A DNA stretch of 63,830 nucleotides, counting the filler, from Cercozoa sp. M6MM (lineage: Eukaryota > Protista > Endomyxa: Ascetosporea), in NCBI GenBank assembly GCA_040357565.1. It is 9 parts of 9 records of this genome, joined end to end, with 100 filler letters (N's around TTAATTAATTAA, not from the genome) between each part and the next. Parts side by side here need not be neighbours in the genome. Positions count along the whole stretch, not along the records: positions 1 to 17,664 come from JBDODJ010000260.1; 8 more parts are not named here. One strand, given 5' to 3'. A program made the translations under genes and the position numbers. The notes beneath the pieces were generated by a model. It worked only from the letters and a program-made list of their open reading frames with translations, made no database searches and had not been told where the DNA came from. Below, in pieces: positions 1 to 12,009 of this stretch; within the stretch, counting starts at the first letter, position 1, and every line of letters starts with the position of its first letter.

Positions 1-43
<43 letters not shown>

Positions 44-44
44 C

Positions 45-1668
45 AGATTAAATTTATCCTCAGTGCAAGGACGACTGACCCAGGCAGGTGACGCAGCATG
101 AGTGCGTAGTGCGCTGTCTCTTGTTTCTTCTCACTACTGCTCGTCTCGGTCACATCGCCGGCGCCACTCCTCACGGCAAAGACAGACACGCGGCCTGTGA
201 CGCCAGTCTGCACAGGCACGCGGCCAGACGGCCCGGCAGAACCTGCGAGGCCGTCATCGCTCAGGCGCGACCAGCTACGCATCTTGGCACTTGACTCCCC
301 GGATGCATGTGTGTCATTGAGCAGGATAGGCACTCGGCTGGCCGCAATTAAAAGCGGCAGCTGTCCACAGACCCAACAATTTAGCGGCAGCAGGGGGGGG
401 GGGGGGGGAGGGGGGTAAAGTCGTGGCGTAAAGAGCCCTACCAACCAGTCCACAAGCCAATTGGCCTTCTTGACTGCGCGCCTCTTGACTGTTGTGAAAT
501 CCGCAAACAACGCCGTCGGCTTTTGCCGAGGACCACCATGGGCCTGCGGCATGGCACTCACTGTGTCGACTCCGACACACTCGGATGCACGCAGACCTTC
601 GCCAAACGCGGCCGAGATCTCGTCTCCGTTGTAGTTCAGGCCACCCAGGAGGACGCGCCGATTTGCGTCGGGGTCACCCTTTCAGAAATGGAAACGTCGC
701 ACAGCACACACAGACACTTAGACACACAGACACACAGAGACACAGACACAGACACAAACATAGCGACACAGACACAGACACAAACATAGCGACACAGACA
801 CAGACACAAACATAGCGACACAGACACAGCGACACACGGTGCCTACCAACAGCGAGGTCGCGAACTCTCTGGCCTGGGAGTAGGCGGCCGAGACGCCATG
901 CGACGATGCGACCTACCCAACGCCCCCAGGTACAGCCACGCGCATGAAAATGGCAGTGACCAAAGTCGAGAGAATAGTCACGGTTGCACCTTTAGCTCCC
1001 AAAATGCGACAATGCAGTCGGCACTGAGCGCCTCGGTGCGAGTTCTCCCACTGGGCACAAAAGGCGGCACCACAAAGGTGAAGTCAGGCTTTCGGCCGGA
1101 AGATCGTGCTAGGTTTAAAAAACAGGCGAACATGTCTTGCAGATAAAAACTTGGGAGATGGAAAACTCAGCTCACCTGCGCTGAGGACACGCAGTTTGCA
1201 GTTGCTTGTGTCCAGCACGTAGACACGCAGGGCGCGGAGCAGGCGGCGCAGCTGCGACACACTCTTGTGCGCGTCTCGGTCTCGGCGAGTCTGCGATGAC
1301 GCCAACGCTTCGATTTTGGCGTCGAAGTGTCGCCGCAGTTTCTGTGGTGCCGATGCTGCGCTCTTGCTGCTTCTGTTACTGCTTCTGCTACTGCTCTTGC
1401 ACCTTGGTGTTTGACGAGTGCTGCCAGGTCACTTCGTCGCTCGTGACGACCTGCTCGGACAAGGTGTTTCTCCCGCAAGGCACAGGTGTAAAAAGAAACA
1501 CAGCGACAACAAGCCTACAGTTGCGCCCAAGACTGACGCGATGAACGCCTGGAACTGAGCCTCCTCTGTCGCATAAATACTTAGAGTACTCAGCAGAATG
1601 CGCTGGTGACAGCCGGCAGAAACATACTTGAGAGGCTCTTGTCGCTCGCTGTGAAAACCAACGCCCAT
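45..1668 (-). pseudogene. Multi-exon PD-(D/E)xK restriction-endonuclease-like protein (Crinkler/CR-REase-like); probably decaying; 3' end cut by the window edge
   Basis: Splicing GT-AG introns by hand gives VYVLDTSNCKLRVLSA|[40 protein letters not shown]|[22 protein letters not shown]|[18 protein letters not shown], which carries the KPD...ELK...Q motif order. There is an in-frame TGA at 1429-1431 and an apparent frameshift near 600. Confidence 0.55.
720..836. repeat. Intronic (GACACA)n compound microsatellite/minisatellite
   Basis: Direct reading: gacaca runs with repeated aacatagcgacacagacacagacac units. Confidence 0.9.
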
Positions 1669-2718
1669 CGATAATAACAAAATAAAAATCTATGTCAGAC
1701 GATGGAATGGAATTTACTCGAGTCCGCGTACTGTGTGAGAACGGAGACTACCGCCTCGGTCGTTATACTCTTCGAAAGCCGGAGCAACATCCAACGGACT
1801 GACTCGAGGCCGGTGTTGAGCATTTTGTTCTGCGGCCTGGCCTGGGTCGGGTGTTCCCAGCACGACCAGCTTTAAAATTTAGATTGATTTTCCGCTACCG
1901 GAAACCCAAGGTCAGCCGGCGCCTGGTGAGTCGTCTCATGTAGCACGTGCGTCACGCAGTTTACCTGTTCGAGACGTCGCTGATGCGCAAGTATCGAGTA
2001 GTTGAGGAGGTTATCGAAATCGACGTTTATCGTGGGCAAGCGCCGCACGGCACTAACAAGGGAAAGCGGCGGAAGCAGGGTGGCGCCGTGTGGTGCAGCT
2101 CTGCCGCTCTGTGCAAGGTGTTAATCAGGGACGAGAAACGCACAAGAAGCGAAAGGTACTCAGGGTCGCCTTCCAGCCGGTGCGTAGCGTGACGGCGACA
2201 CCATCGGAAGCTTCGCCGACAGCTTGCACCACCGACGATTGCGTCGTCAACAGCGGCGATTGGAAGGCAACCAAGAGTGTGCTTTGCTACACATTATCAT
2301 AGGCCGTCCGTATTATATGTTATCGATAAATTTACTGTTGGCGGACACCTTGACTACGTCGTGTCTGGTCGAGAGAAGGCCTTTCTTTGAGTTCAGCTGC
2401 AAAAGCTTGCTCAAGGCTTCCCTACGCAAACACAGGTGTTCCACAGTCTGAACTGAAGCTCTCAGTAGGTCAGGATACCAGCGAACACACGACTGGACGG
2501 GCATCCTCCGCACAGTCACACAAAACAAAACACGGTCGGTGCAAGAGATAATTTAAGTTTAGATAACTCAGATTTGTGTGAAAACAGTTTCCCCCACAAG
2601 ACAAAATTCCTGGTAGGCCTGGGAACGGCCGGAGCCCGAAGCATCCGAAAGCGCGACCACGCGGCTGTCAACTTCGTTGCGCGACTCCGGAAACTTTGGC
2701 TTACGATAATCCACAAAA

Positions 2719-3112
2719 GCCGTCTGCGGTCTGCACAGGCGCGGCCTTACGGCCCGGCAGAACCTGCGAGGCCGTCATCGCTTAGGCGGCAGCTATGCAT
2801 AGACTCAACGTTTGCTTACGCATGCGGCCACTGGCGGCACTAAGTTGATGCAGGCAGCACTTGCGTCGTTTCCCAGCAAGCGGTAACATCGAGTGGTGGT
2901 GTAGAGAACCTACGTGACAATCCGTAAGCCAGTCGGCCTTCTTGACTGTGGTCTTCTTGACTACTGACCCCCATACAAAACGGCGGTGGCCAATGCTGCA
3001 AGTGCACCCGTAGCTTCAAAATGCGACAACCTAGTCGGCACTGAGTGTTTTGGTGCGAGGCCACCCACCGGGCAGAAAAGCTGGCACCACAAAAGGTGAA
3101 ATCAGGCTCAGT
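2719..3112 (-). pseudogene. Degraded second copy of the REase-like gene at 45-1668
   Basis: Three collinear blocks match by eye: 2719-2800 with 200-281, 2890-2990 with 420-520, and 3003-3110 with 985-1090. This copy reads EPDFT/FVVPAFLPGGWPRTKTLSAD*VVAF* with a frameshift and stops, and it lacks the middle exons. Confidence 0.7.
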
Positions 3113-3429
3113 CTTGCGGACGTTTCTATTTATTCCAACCGAGCGGCGGAGTCGATAGGGTCGGAGCCTTTTAAGCCGGCAAGCGAGCTCACCGACGACC
3201 CAATGGCGGATCGTCCAAAAACGATCCGCACGAAGTCAATTCGGCGGAGATCTCCTGGGGTGGCGCGCGCGATAGACAAGCTCCCGTATCGCTAGACTTG
3301 GCCTCAAAGTTCACCTTCGACAGTGGACGGAAATGGGATGCGCCTTGTTGTCATATATGCTGGTGGCTAGGAGCAGTTTGTGTTTTTGACTGACCGATTA
3401 TTGCCAACTAACAAGAGCTAGAAACAGAA

Positions 3430-3814
3430 TTAGTTGCGCGTGGCGATGACCTGCTTGTTGTGCGAAGCAATCATCTTGATTTCGCCAGCCTCGTTGAGCA
3501 CGCGGATGACGCGGCGGGCAACGCTGCCGCTGATCTGGTACTTCTCCGACAGAGCAGCGACGGTGATCACCGACATCTTGGGCACCTGCGACATGATCTG
3601 CTCGTGCAGCTGCGGCGTCAGGACGACCATGTTCGACTTCTGGTCGCGCAGCTTGCCCTTCGACCACTGCGTCACACAAAAAGAGTAAACCGACATGGGA
3701 CACCAAACGAGGGAAAACATCGTTCGCTCAACGCACCTTCTTCTTCTTGCCCTTGCGCGAGGCCGAGGCAGCGGCCAGGGCCTTTTGGGCCTTACTCTTC
3801 TGCTGAACCGGCAT
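3430..3814 (-). CDS. RPS25: 40S ribosomal protein eS25 (2 coding exons; intron 3667-3736)
   Basis: MPVQQKSKAQKALAAASASRKGKKKK|WSKGKLRDQKSNMVVL...ALSEKYQISGSVARRVIRVL...HNKQVIATRN*, showing the KKKKWSKGK and ISGSxAR signatures. Confidence 0.96.
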
Positions 3815-3910
3815 TCGTCTACAAGCACACAGAATGTGATTAAAGCACCAACTAAAGACACCAACTAAAGACACGCTCGCGTCAAGCAACAAGCGCGTCA
3901 AAAGTCAAAA

Positions 3911-3964
3911 ATCGGCGAAACACCAAAATATCGGTGAAACACCAAAATATCGGCGAAACACCAA
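3911..3964. repeat. 19-bp tandem repeat (about 3 copies) upstream of RPS25
   Basis: atcggYgaaacaccaaaat at 3911, 3930 and 3949. Confidence 0.9.
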
Positions 3965-5955
3965 GCCACAGGTGATGAGACACGAAAGTGTTTATGTGCG
4001 GCAAAAACGGCAAAAACCGCCCAACGGGCAAACACAAAAAATGCCCAACAATTCACAGAAGACTGCTAGACAGTGCGTATGGGTTGCGTAAGGGACCAGT
4101 ACCGATAGCAAAAAAGGTCAGTGAGTTTGTCGCGAGGCTTGCGGACGCGCTTTCAAAGATCTGCGGAGCGCCGAAGCTGGCATTTAAGGGTGCGGCTAAC
4201 TCGGCAGCATTTTCAGCGATTGCGCAGAGATACTGTCTGCCTGGGCATATGAAAACATTACCAAATGGCTTCTTGCAGTCTAAAATGCCATTAACGTCTC
4301 CAATTTGTACATCATCATTTCCGACGACCGCCGAGCCGGAGGTGAGCCGATGCCGAGAGTAGGTGGACTGGGGTACTGTGGCAGCCCAGAGCGTTTAAAC
4401 TACAGCCTGGTCGGGCCTTTGTACGTCACCGTGAAGATGGTTGTTCATATCAACTTCGAACAGTTAGTCAGTTGAGCCGTGCAGAATCAAGTGGTTCACC
4501 TGCACCGGTCTGGCCACAAGCGTATACAACTCACCTTTTGACGTTCCCCAGAAAACAAAGTCACCTCATAATTAGTGCAGGTAGCTGGCTCCAAGTAGAG
4601 GCGCCTTGCGGGAGATCGTCCCGTCGTCCTCCTCTGTCACTCCGCTCGATCTACTTTCGAGCCAGCTGTCAGCTGAGCTCCTTCGCGACAAATTGGAAAC
4701 GTTCAGCTTCCCGCAAAGCATCAGGCAGTATGACGACCCGGATGTTTCAAAATCCCGGTTCGACGAGCCACAGTAGAGCTAGTCTGGATAGCTTTAAGCA
4801 TGCCGTAGAGATGTCAGTTCAATAGGCGAGCCGATTTGGATACAGTAACTTGTCGCACAACCTCGAGGGAACACGGACCCGCGGCGTTGAGGGCAAAAAG
4901 TGATCCTCTGACTCGGCTCGAAAAAATATCACCATACAGCACGCTCCTCCTGGACTTCAGCTGGACGCAACCGCGCGGACGAGAAAACGGGGACATTCGA
5001 GATAAAGGGCGACTCGGGGATCGTTCTCTAAGTGTTAAAAGGAGATACGGTCCCCTCAGCGCTGCCGATTGGATGTGGCCATGGAAACGATTTGGTATCT
5101 ACTGTCTTGTCTAGTATTGTGTTTTTGAACACAGCGATGTCGAAAGAGAAGTCGACCGGCAGACTCACATGAGTTGCGCGTGCACCTCAAGCACCCTGCC
5201 CACACATCCCATGTGCTGATTTGTTTCAGTGCTTTTACGACGCCGGCCTTGCCGCTGCTGGCTCGGCGCGCCTCTGCCGGCCTTCAGCGCCGCAAGCGCA
5301 GGAAGGCCTGCGGTGCGTCAGCCATAGACTTTTTGTACAACCGTAGGTAAAAATTTCCGTCCGGTCCGCAGCCTATGTAGGGTTTGGATGCTTGAACGTT
5401 GTAGCGATCGGCCAGAGATCCATCCTGAGCAATCCTGTGCTGGCATAGCACCCTGTCCATCGCTGTCAAAAGAAAGTGACCCAACAAAACCCGAACGTAC
5501 GCCGCCATCTGCCCCGACGCCGGTGAGGTCGGGCTGCCTGCTACCTCGGCACCCGCGCAGCAAGCTTGACAGTACTATCAACTAATATTGTGCTACCACC
5601 TGTACTTGTACTAGAATTGCACTCCAGCGTCTTCTTGACCGTTGAGCCGGGTGCTGCACGAGCCGGTGGGCTTGAGCCGGTACAGCCAAAAATTCAAAAA
5701 ATCCGCCACGAACTTTTGAGGAAGGTACGTGCCCCTTACTCCCCCCCGCTGCGGGCTCCCGTGATTTAGCGAAATTAACAACCACTGCTCTGCGTTTTTT
5801 CGTGTGATTTTTTTCGTTTTTCTGGGTTTTTGGAGCGGACTGCCCCGAAACTGCGCGTGTGCTCTTGTGTTGTGATGTGATGTGTGTGCCGCGGTCAACC
5901 TATTCACTGTTTTTGTGAAACAGCAACCTGGCAATCAAATCAGGACGACGCCGCA

Positions 5956-6562
5956 ATGTTTATGCCCAAGAGCGCGCAGCACGCGATCCTTCAGTAATAC
6001 TAGCATCTCCAGTGTGTCAGGTCAATGAGAGAAAGTGTTTGTATGGTACAGGTACATCTTCACTGAGGGTGTTCTGGTCGTCAAGAAGGACGCCAACCTT
6101 CCGCAGGTAACATGCTTACACGAGTTAGCCTGCCGTGCGACTGGTTGTTAATTTTTGAATGCCCCACCCGCAGCACCAGGACATCCCGGTGCCGAACCTG
6201 TACGTCATGATGATGATGAAGTAACTCTTCCTGTCTCGGCTTCTCACGGGCCGGCTAAGTGTAGTATGATTGTGCATTTGTAGGCGTCTGGCGTCGAAGA
6301 AGCTTGTTGAGGTTACCTTCAACTGGCAGTACAACTACTGCAAGCTTCTGCCGGCCGGCGTCGAGTACCTGCGCGACTACCTCGCTCTCCCGGGTATTCG
6401 TCTAAGCCCCACTATGGAACAAGTGCGCTGAGTGTTGTTTTCGTGTGCGCAGAGACTGTGGTGCCGCAAACGTACATCCGCTCGGAGGCCACGCCGCGTC
6501 CGCGCGAGCGCGATGCCCGTGGCCGCCCGTCGGGCCGCGGCGGTCGCGACAGCCGCAACTAA
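5956..6562 (+). CDS. RPS10: 40S ribosomal protein eS10 (5 coding exons, 4 short GT-AG introns)
   Basis: The spliced product is MFMPKSAQHAILQ|YIFTEGVLVVKKDANLPQ|HQDIPVPNLYVMMMMK|RLASKKLVEVTFNWQYNYCKLLPAGVEYLRDYLALP|ETVVPQT...RGGRDSRN*. It is absent from the ORF track because of the introns. Confidence 0.96.
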
Positions 6563-6665
6563 GTTAACCGAACTTAGTCATCCCGCTTTTTGCTATGGTT
6601 GCTATGGGCTCCTTGCTTACAATACAATCGCTGGCGATGGGAACATATCCAGATAGGGGTATGGT

Positions 6666-6777
6666 GGGGTTTTTCGAGGCGGACTCGGAACCCCCTCAAC
6701 TGCATTTTTAGATGTACGGGGTAAAATAAAATGGGACTTTATGATTTTGCCTTTATGATTTTGCCTCGAAAAACCCC
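6666..6777. mobile_element. MITE-like element with perfect 15-bp terminal inverted repeats
   Basis: ggggtttttcgaggc (6666-6680) and gcctcgaaaaacccc (6763-6777) flank an AT-rich interior that contains a 14-bp tandem duplication (ctttatgattttgc x2). No clear TSD. Confidence 0.5.
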
Positions 6778-7259
6778 GCTGGATGCGCTGGGGTGGGCTT
6801 TGTGGAGACACAGACTTGTCCAGCTGCCACAAACACGGAGTCCGTGCGGGTAGGTAACTGGCGGGCCGGAACAAAAGCAATTGCGGAATTTTCTGTTTCC
6901 TGAAAACCTACAACGGCGGCGACATCGGCGTCTCGCTGCCGTCTCATCGCCTATCATTTTCCCACCACCTGACTAAACACGCACAGACAAACATAACAAT
7001 TTAAGCCACCACCGCGTGGTTTAGGCTATATTTGAATCGTTCGGGGGGGGGGGGGGGGGGGCAACTGGAATTTTGGGCAATTTATAGATCAGATCAAGAT
7101 CGCTCCCAAGTATCGGACTGAAGCTCTTTCGTTTCGTGAACGGTGTGTGTGTGTGTGTGTGTGAGTGTGTGTGTGTGTCTGCTACTACCGATTAGTTCGT
7201 ATTAACCGATTTTAAGCCCCTACATCAAAGCGCAAAACAGAATTATTTTTGTTTCAGAG

Positions 7260-10200
7260 ATGCGCCGTTTGGTTCGTGCGGCGGCACGACGGCAGCGCGT
7301 CGTGCGCGCCTCGCGTGGGCTTGCTTCAGTCGGCGTTCGGCGGGCAGCAGCGGACTTACAACTGCGATACGCGGCACCCGCCCTGGCGGCCACCAATGAC
7401 GCTGACGATCCGGTTCGGCAGGTACAGGCAGAGCTTCCTCCTGGGTTGTGATGGAGTCGTGGTATGTGGGGTCTGCATGCAGGGACACGATGCTCCGGCC
7501 ACGTCCCGAGAAGTCCTCGAGTTGGCGCAGCGTCATGTCGCCGAGGGTGCCAGCATGAAGCGCTGGCTTGCGTCACTCCTGGTACCTCGTCGAGCAATAG
7601 CGTGTCTTCCTTTCGCATCGATGGGACTTCTCTCATTTTTTCTGTGATGATGGTGTGCAGGCGCATCAGATCCGCGGCCTGGCCCTGCAGCGGGTGCGCA
7701 AATACGGCGAGATGCGCGTCGAGTCGCTGCTGGGCGACCTGGAGCGAGGCCGCTTGGACGACAGCTGCGTGGTTCCGTACCTGCGCCAGTCGCTGTTGCG
7801 CGCCATGGCATCGCCCACGTCGGCGTCGGCGTCGGCGTCGGCGTCCACCACCACCGCCGATGGGGTCGGCCGGCGTAACTTTTTCGTTCGCTTGGCCGCG
7901 CGGGCGCTCATGGCTCTAGTCGAGCGCGACGAAGTGGATGTGGTACAGTCGCGCATGCTCGCCCTGTCTGTGCGGGCTTCTACGAGCGTGTACCTTACCT
8001 GTGTTGTAGCTCTCATCGCCGGTTGCAACCATCACGCGCGCCGTTCAGCAGTGGATGCAAGGCGACGACTCCACCGAGAGTGACAGTGACGCGCTAGACG
8101 AGGTACCTCCCCTCCCCGCCCTTGCCCCGGGGCGACCCTTTTGCTGCTCAGCTTGACCGCGACGGCGGCAGCGTCAGGGCACTTATCGACCGCGTGCTGC
8201 CCGTGCTCCTCGCATCGCTGTATCTCGACTACGACAGCGGCCTGCTGCCTGAGCGCCGCGACTGGCTTCCGCATGCCCACAACGAGCCGCGCGCCTCGGT
8301 GCTCAAGCGCAAATTCGCGTCCTTCTGCGAGCAGGTGCAGCTCGAGTGCGAAGTCGCGCAGAGCAGCGTCGACGAGTACGAGCAGCTGATGCAAGGCGAG
8401 TGGCGCAATGCGGCCGTGTTCCATCATGACGGCGTGAGTCTGTCGCTGCGCTGGGCGCCCGGCATCATGCGGCAGCTTGAGCGCGTACTAAGCGACACGC
8501 CGCGCGACGGCTCGTCGCGGCACCACGCGGCGCAGCTGCTGCAGGCCATCGACCCGCACGCGGCAACGACGTTGGCTGTGACCACGGTGTGCAACCTGTT
8601 CTTCCGGGCCAAGACGGCATCATTCGACTTTCACGTTGGCTCGCTCGGACGGACGCTGAGCGTGCATCGCGTGTGCGTCGCTATCGGCAACGCGCTGCTG
8701 CAGGAGCGCCGCGTGCAGCTCGCGCTGCGGCACGAGAAGCGCAAGCAGCAGGCGGGAGGTGACTCCGAGCAGGCAGAACACGCCTCGCGCTCGGCCAAGC
8801 GCCGCCGCCGCGAGGTCGAGCTGTCTGAGACACTGAGTCTGAGTCGCGAGCAGCGCTTGCGTCTCGAGCGCGCCCACCGGCGCCGCTGCCCGAAATCTGC
8901 CTCGCAGTCGCATTCGCAGCACGCGGCGGTGGCGTCGCTCGCGAACGACGGTGAGGACGGCGAGGTCTCGCTGCTGGACACGATGATTCTGCGCGACGAC
9001 GTGCAGCGCCAGGCGGTGACGGCCGCGCTGGGCCGCCTCATGCTCGACATCATTGTCGAGACGGCGCGCGTGCCCGAGATTGGTGTGCCGACCGGTGAGC
9101 TGCAGGACTGGCTGCGGGAGTCGGCGCGCGTGGCCTACCTGCGGCAGTCCGAGGGCGGCTCGGCCAAGCTGCAGGGACATGATGCCGCCGAGGCAAGTCT
9201 CTCCTTTGCAAGCGCGCTCGAGGTGCACTCGCTCGAGTCGCTGTGCGCTGCCGACGGCGACACAGCCTCGGCCTGCGATTCGGAGCGCGAGCAGCTCGAG
9301 CAGACGGTGTCGATTATCACGGCCGCTGCCTCGGGTGCGGTGACCGACGAAGAGGCCGCGCAGGGACGGCCGGCGGCGACGACCACGACATCTCCATCGT
9401 CCAAGGAGTTCATCCAGGCGACGCCGGCCTTCTGGCGCTTCCTCGAGGCCGTTGATGGACGCAGTCTCAGCAGCGTGTGCCTTTACCTCATCCCTCCCTT
9501 GCCTGTGTTTTCGTGTGTCTATGTCTGTCTGTGTTTGTGTGCATGGCAGCGAGCCGGCATTTGCGCCAATGGTACCCCCGTCCGTTCGTCCGTATGTCTG
9601 TTGGGTTTGTCACGGTTGTGTGCCCGCCCCAGGTGTGCCCGCCGCGGCCGTGGACGAGTCCGCGCGACGGCGCCTATCTCACGCTCAACTCCGAAATGAT
9701 GCGCTTCAAGACGCCGTTCGAGCAGAGCTCGGCGCTTGAGAGCGCCACCGACGATTGCGACGAGGTGCTCACCGCGCTCAACGTGCTCGGTAGCACGCCG
9801 TGGCGCGTCAACCGCCGCGTGTTGGAGCTGATGCGCGCGCTGCACCACGAGCGGCACGAGGTCGTCGGCAAGCTGCCGCCGCACGCGAGCGTCGATCCGG
9901 CGCCGCTCGATTTGGCGCACGACGAGCGCTTTCGCGAGAGCGAACGCTGGTACGCGGAGCCGGACCGCGAGCGACGCGAGGCACTGCGAACGTACCGCGC
10001 GCGTCGCCTGCGCGAGCGCAACGAGCAGCTCAAGCACGTGGCCGAGATGCACTCGCTGCGCGCCTCGTTCCACCTGATGGAGGAGACGGCGCTGCGCTTC
10101 CGCGACCACGAGCGCATCTTCCTGCCCTTTTCGGTGGATTTCCGCGGCCGCGCGTATCCGCTTCCGCTGCACCTGAACCACGTGGGGCACGACCTCATGC

Positions 10201-11544
10201 GCGGCCTGCTCTGCTTTGCCGACGCGCGACCGCTGGGCGAGCGCGGCCTCTGGTGGCTCAAGGTGCACGTCGGCGCGCTCTGCGGCGACGACAAGGCCAG
10301 TCTCGCCGAGCGCTGCGCGTGGACCGAGGCACACGTGGACGAGGTCTTCCGCGCTGCCGACGACCCGCTCGGCACCGACTGGTGGAAGCGCGTCGAAAAC
10401 CCGTTCCAGGCCATCGCCGCCGTGTTCGAGTTGGCGGATGCGCTGCGCTCGCCGTGCCCGGAAGAGTTCGAGGCGCGCGTGCCCGTCCACCAGGACGGCT
10501 CATGCAACGGACTGCAGCACTACGCCGCGCTCGGCCGCGACCTGCACGGTGGCTCGCTGGTGAACCTGACGCCATCGGACCGCCCGCAGGACGTCTACAT
10601 GGGCGTCGGATACGAGGTGCGGCGCGTCGTGCACGCGCACGCGCAGGACGCGGCGCACAAGCACCACGAGCTGGCCAAGCTGCTGGATGGGCACATCGAG
10701 CGCAAGGTCATTAAGCAAACGGTCATGACGAGCGTCTACGGTGTCACCTTCATTGGCGCGCGTGACCAGATCCTGCGGCAGCTGCGCGCACGCAGCGACG
10801 CCATCGGCTTTGCGAGCGACGACCAGTGCTACGCGGCGGCGCAATACCTGGCCAAGGTGACGCTCGACTCCATCGGCGAGGTCTTCTCCAACGCGCGCAA
10901 GATCATGTCTTGGCTCGCCGACGTGGCTCGCACTGTTGGTGTGTCCGTCTCGTGTCTGTCTGTGTGCCAATGTTCCTGTGTCACTACCCCGCCCACGTAG
11001 GCCGTAGCAACCAGACCGTGTGCTGGATAACGCCGATGGGCCTGCCTGTCGTGCAGCCGTACCGCATGAATCGCAACCGGCACGCTTACTCGGCAAACTT
11101 CCTGTCGCAGGTGCCGACGCAGTCGCAGGCGCCAGACGAGCTCGACCGCGTCAACTCGGACCGGCAATCGTCGGCCTTCCCGCCGAACTTTGTGCACTCG
11201 CTCGACTCGACGCACATGATGCGCACGGCGTTGCGCTGCCACGACGTCGCCGTCGAGTTCGCGAGCGTGCACGACTCGTTCTGGACGCACGCTGCCGACA
11301 TCGACGTCATGAATCGCGTGCTGCGTGAGCAGTTCGTCGAACTACACTCGTGCGACCTACTTAACGAGCTGCAACAGGATTTGGTGCATCCTGTCCTCCC
11401 TCCCCATCTTGTTTTTGTGCTTGTATGTGTATGTTTTGTGGGCAGTCCATGCGGCACCCGACCCTGGAGATTAAGCCCGTTCCGACCCGGTCAGGAGAGC
11501 TGGATCTGCAGCAGGTCCTGCTTTCTGATTATTTTTTTAATTAG
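7260..11544 (+). CDS. POLRMT: Mitochondrial single-subunit (T3/T7-type) RNA polymerase, about 9 exons
   Basis: Arg/Ala-rich presequence MRRLVRAAARRQRVVRASRGLA, then PMVCPPRPW, DFRGRAYP, HQDGSCNGLQHYAAL, RKVIKQTVMTSVYGVT, FPPNFVHSLDSTHM, SVHDSFWTH, and C-terminal SDYFFN*. Confidence 0.96.
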
Positions 11545-11673
11545 AACCGTCACGTGGTATTCCGGCAATCGATGGGTACCCGCGAATCCAGCATACCAAA
11601 AAGGGGAAATGATATTTAACACTACTGGCGTCATTAAGTTGGCGTCGCATCAGCCTTTTGGTTTGGTTACGTT

Positions 11674-11899
11674 TTATGCCCAGATCTTCAACAATGTGTC
11701 CCACGATCCCGTGCAGAGCGCCTTGCCGTTCTGACTGACTCCGAGACAAGAGACGCGGTTCTCGTGTCCGGCCAGTTGTTGCGCCCTAAAATTGCCAACA
11801 CACATATACAATACCAGCATACGGTGGCACTGTTCGAGCCAAGGTACAGGTCGGTCGTGAGCGAGTCCCACAGGTAGCCTGCATGAGAAATAGTTTTTG

Positions 11900-11949
<50 letters not shown>

Positions 11950-11959
11950 NNNNNNNNNN

Positions 11960-12009
<50 letters not shown>

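Noticed and set aside
1370-1400. TAG/TAA among CAG/CAA codons suggesting stop-to-Gln reassignment
   Set aside because: Another frame is open through this stretch, and conserved genes end in TAA (RPS10, RPS25) and TAG (POLRMT, DLAT).
5726-5943. snoRNA in the RPS10 leader intron; tRNA or rRNA genes anywhere in the window
   Set aside because: No convincing C/D or H/ACA boxes, tRNA T-arm motif or rRNA-like sequence could be seen by eye; a covariance-model search is needed to exclude them.
9470-9555. Possible non-canonical intron in POLRMT flanked by a GCAGCG direct repeat
   Set aside because: A phase-2 GT donor (agc gt|gtgcct) with the ggcag| acceptor restores the frame (SSVEPAFAPM), so the intron is canonical.
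7260-11544. Phage or prophage origin of the T7-like RNA polymerase
   Set aside because: It has spliceosomal introns, a mitochondrial-type presequence and no viral neighbours, as expected for the normal nuclear-encoded mitochondrial enzyme.
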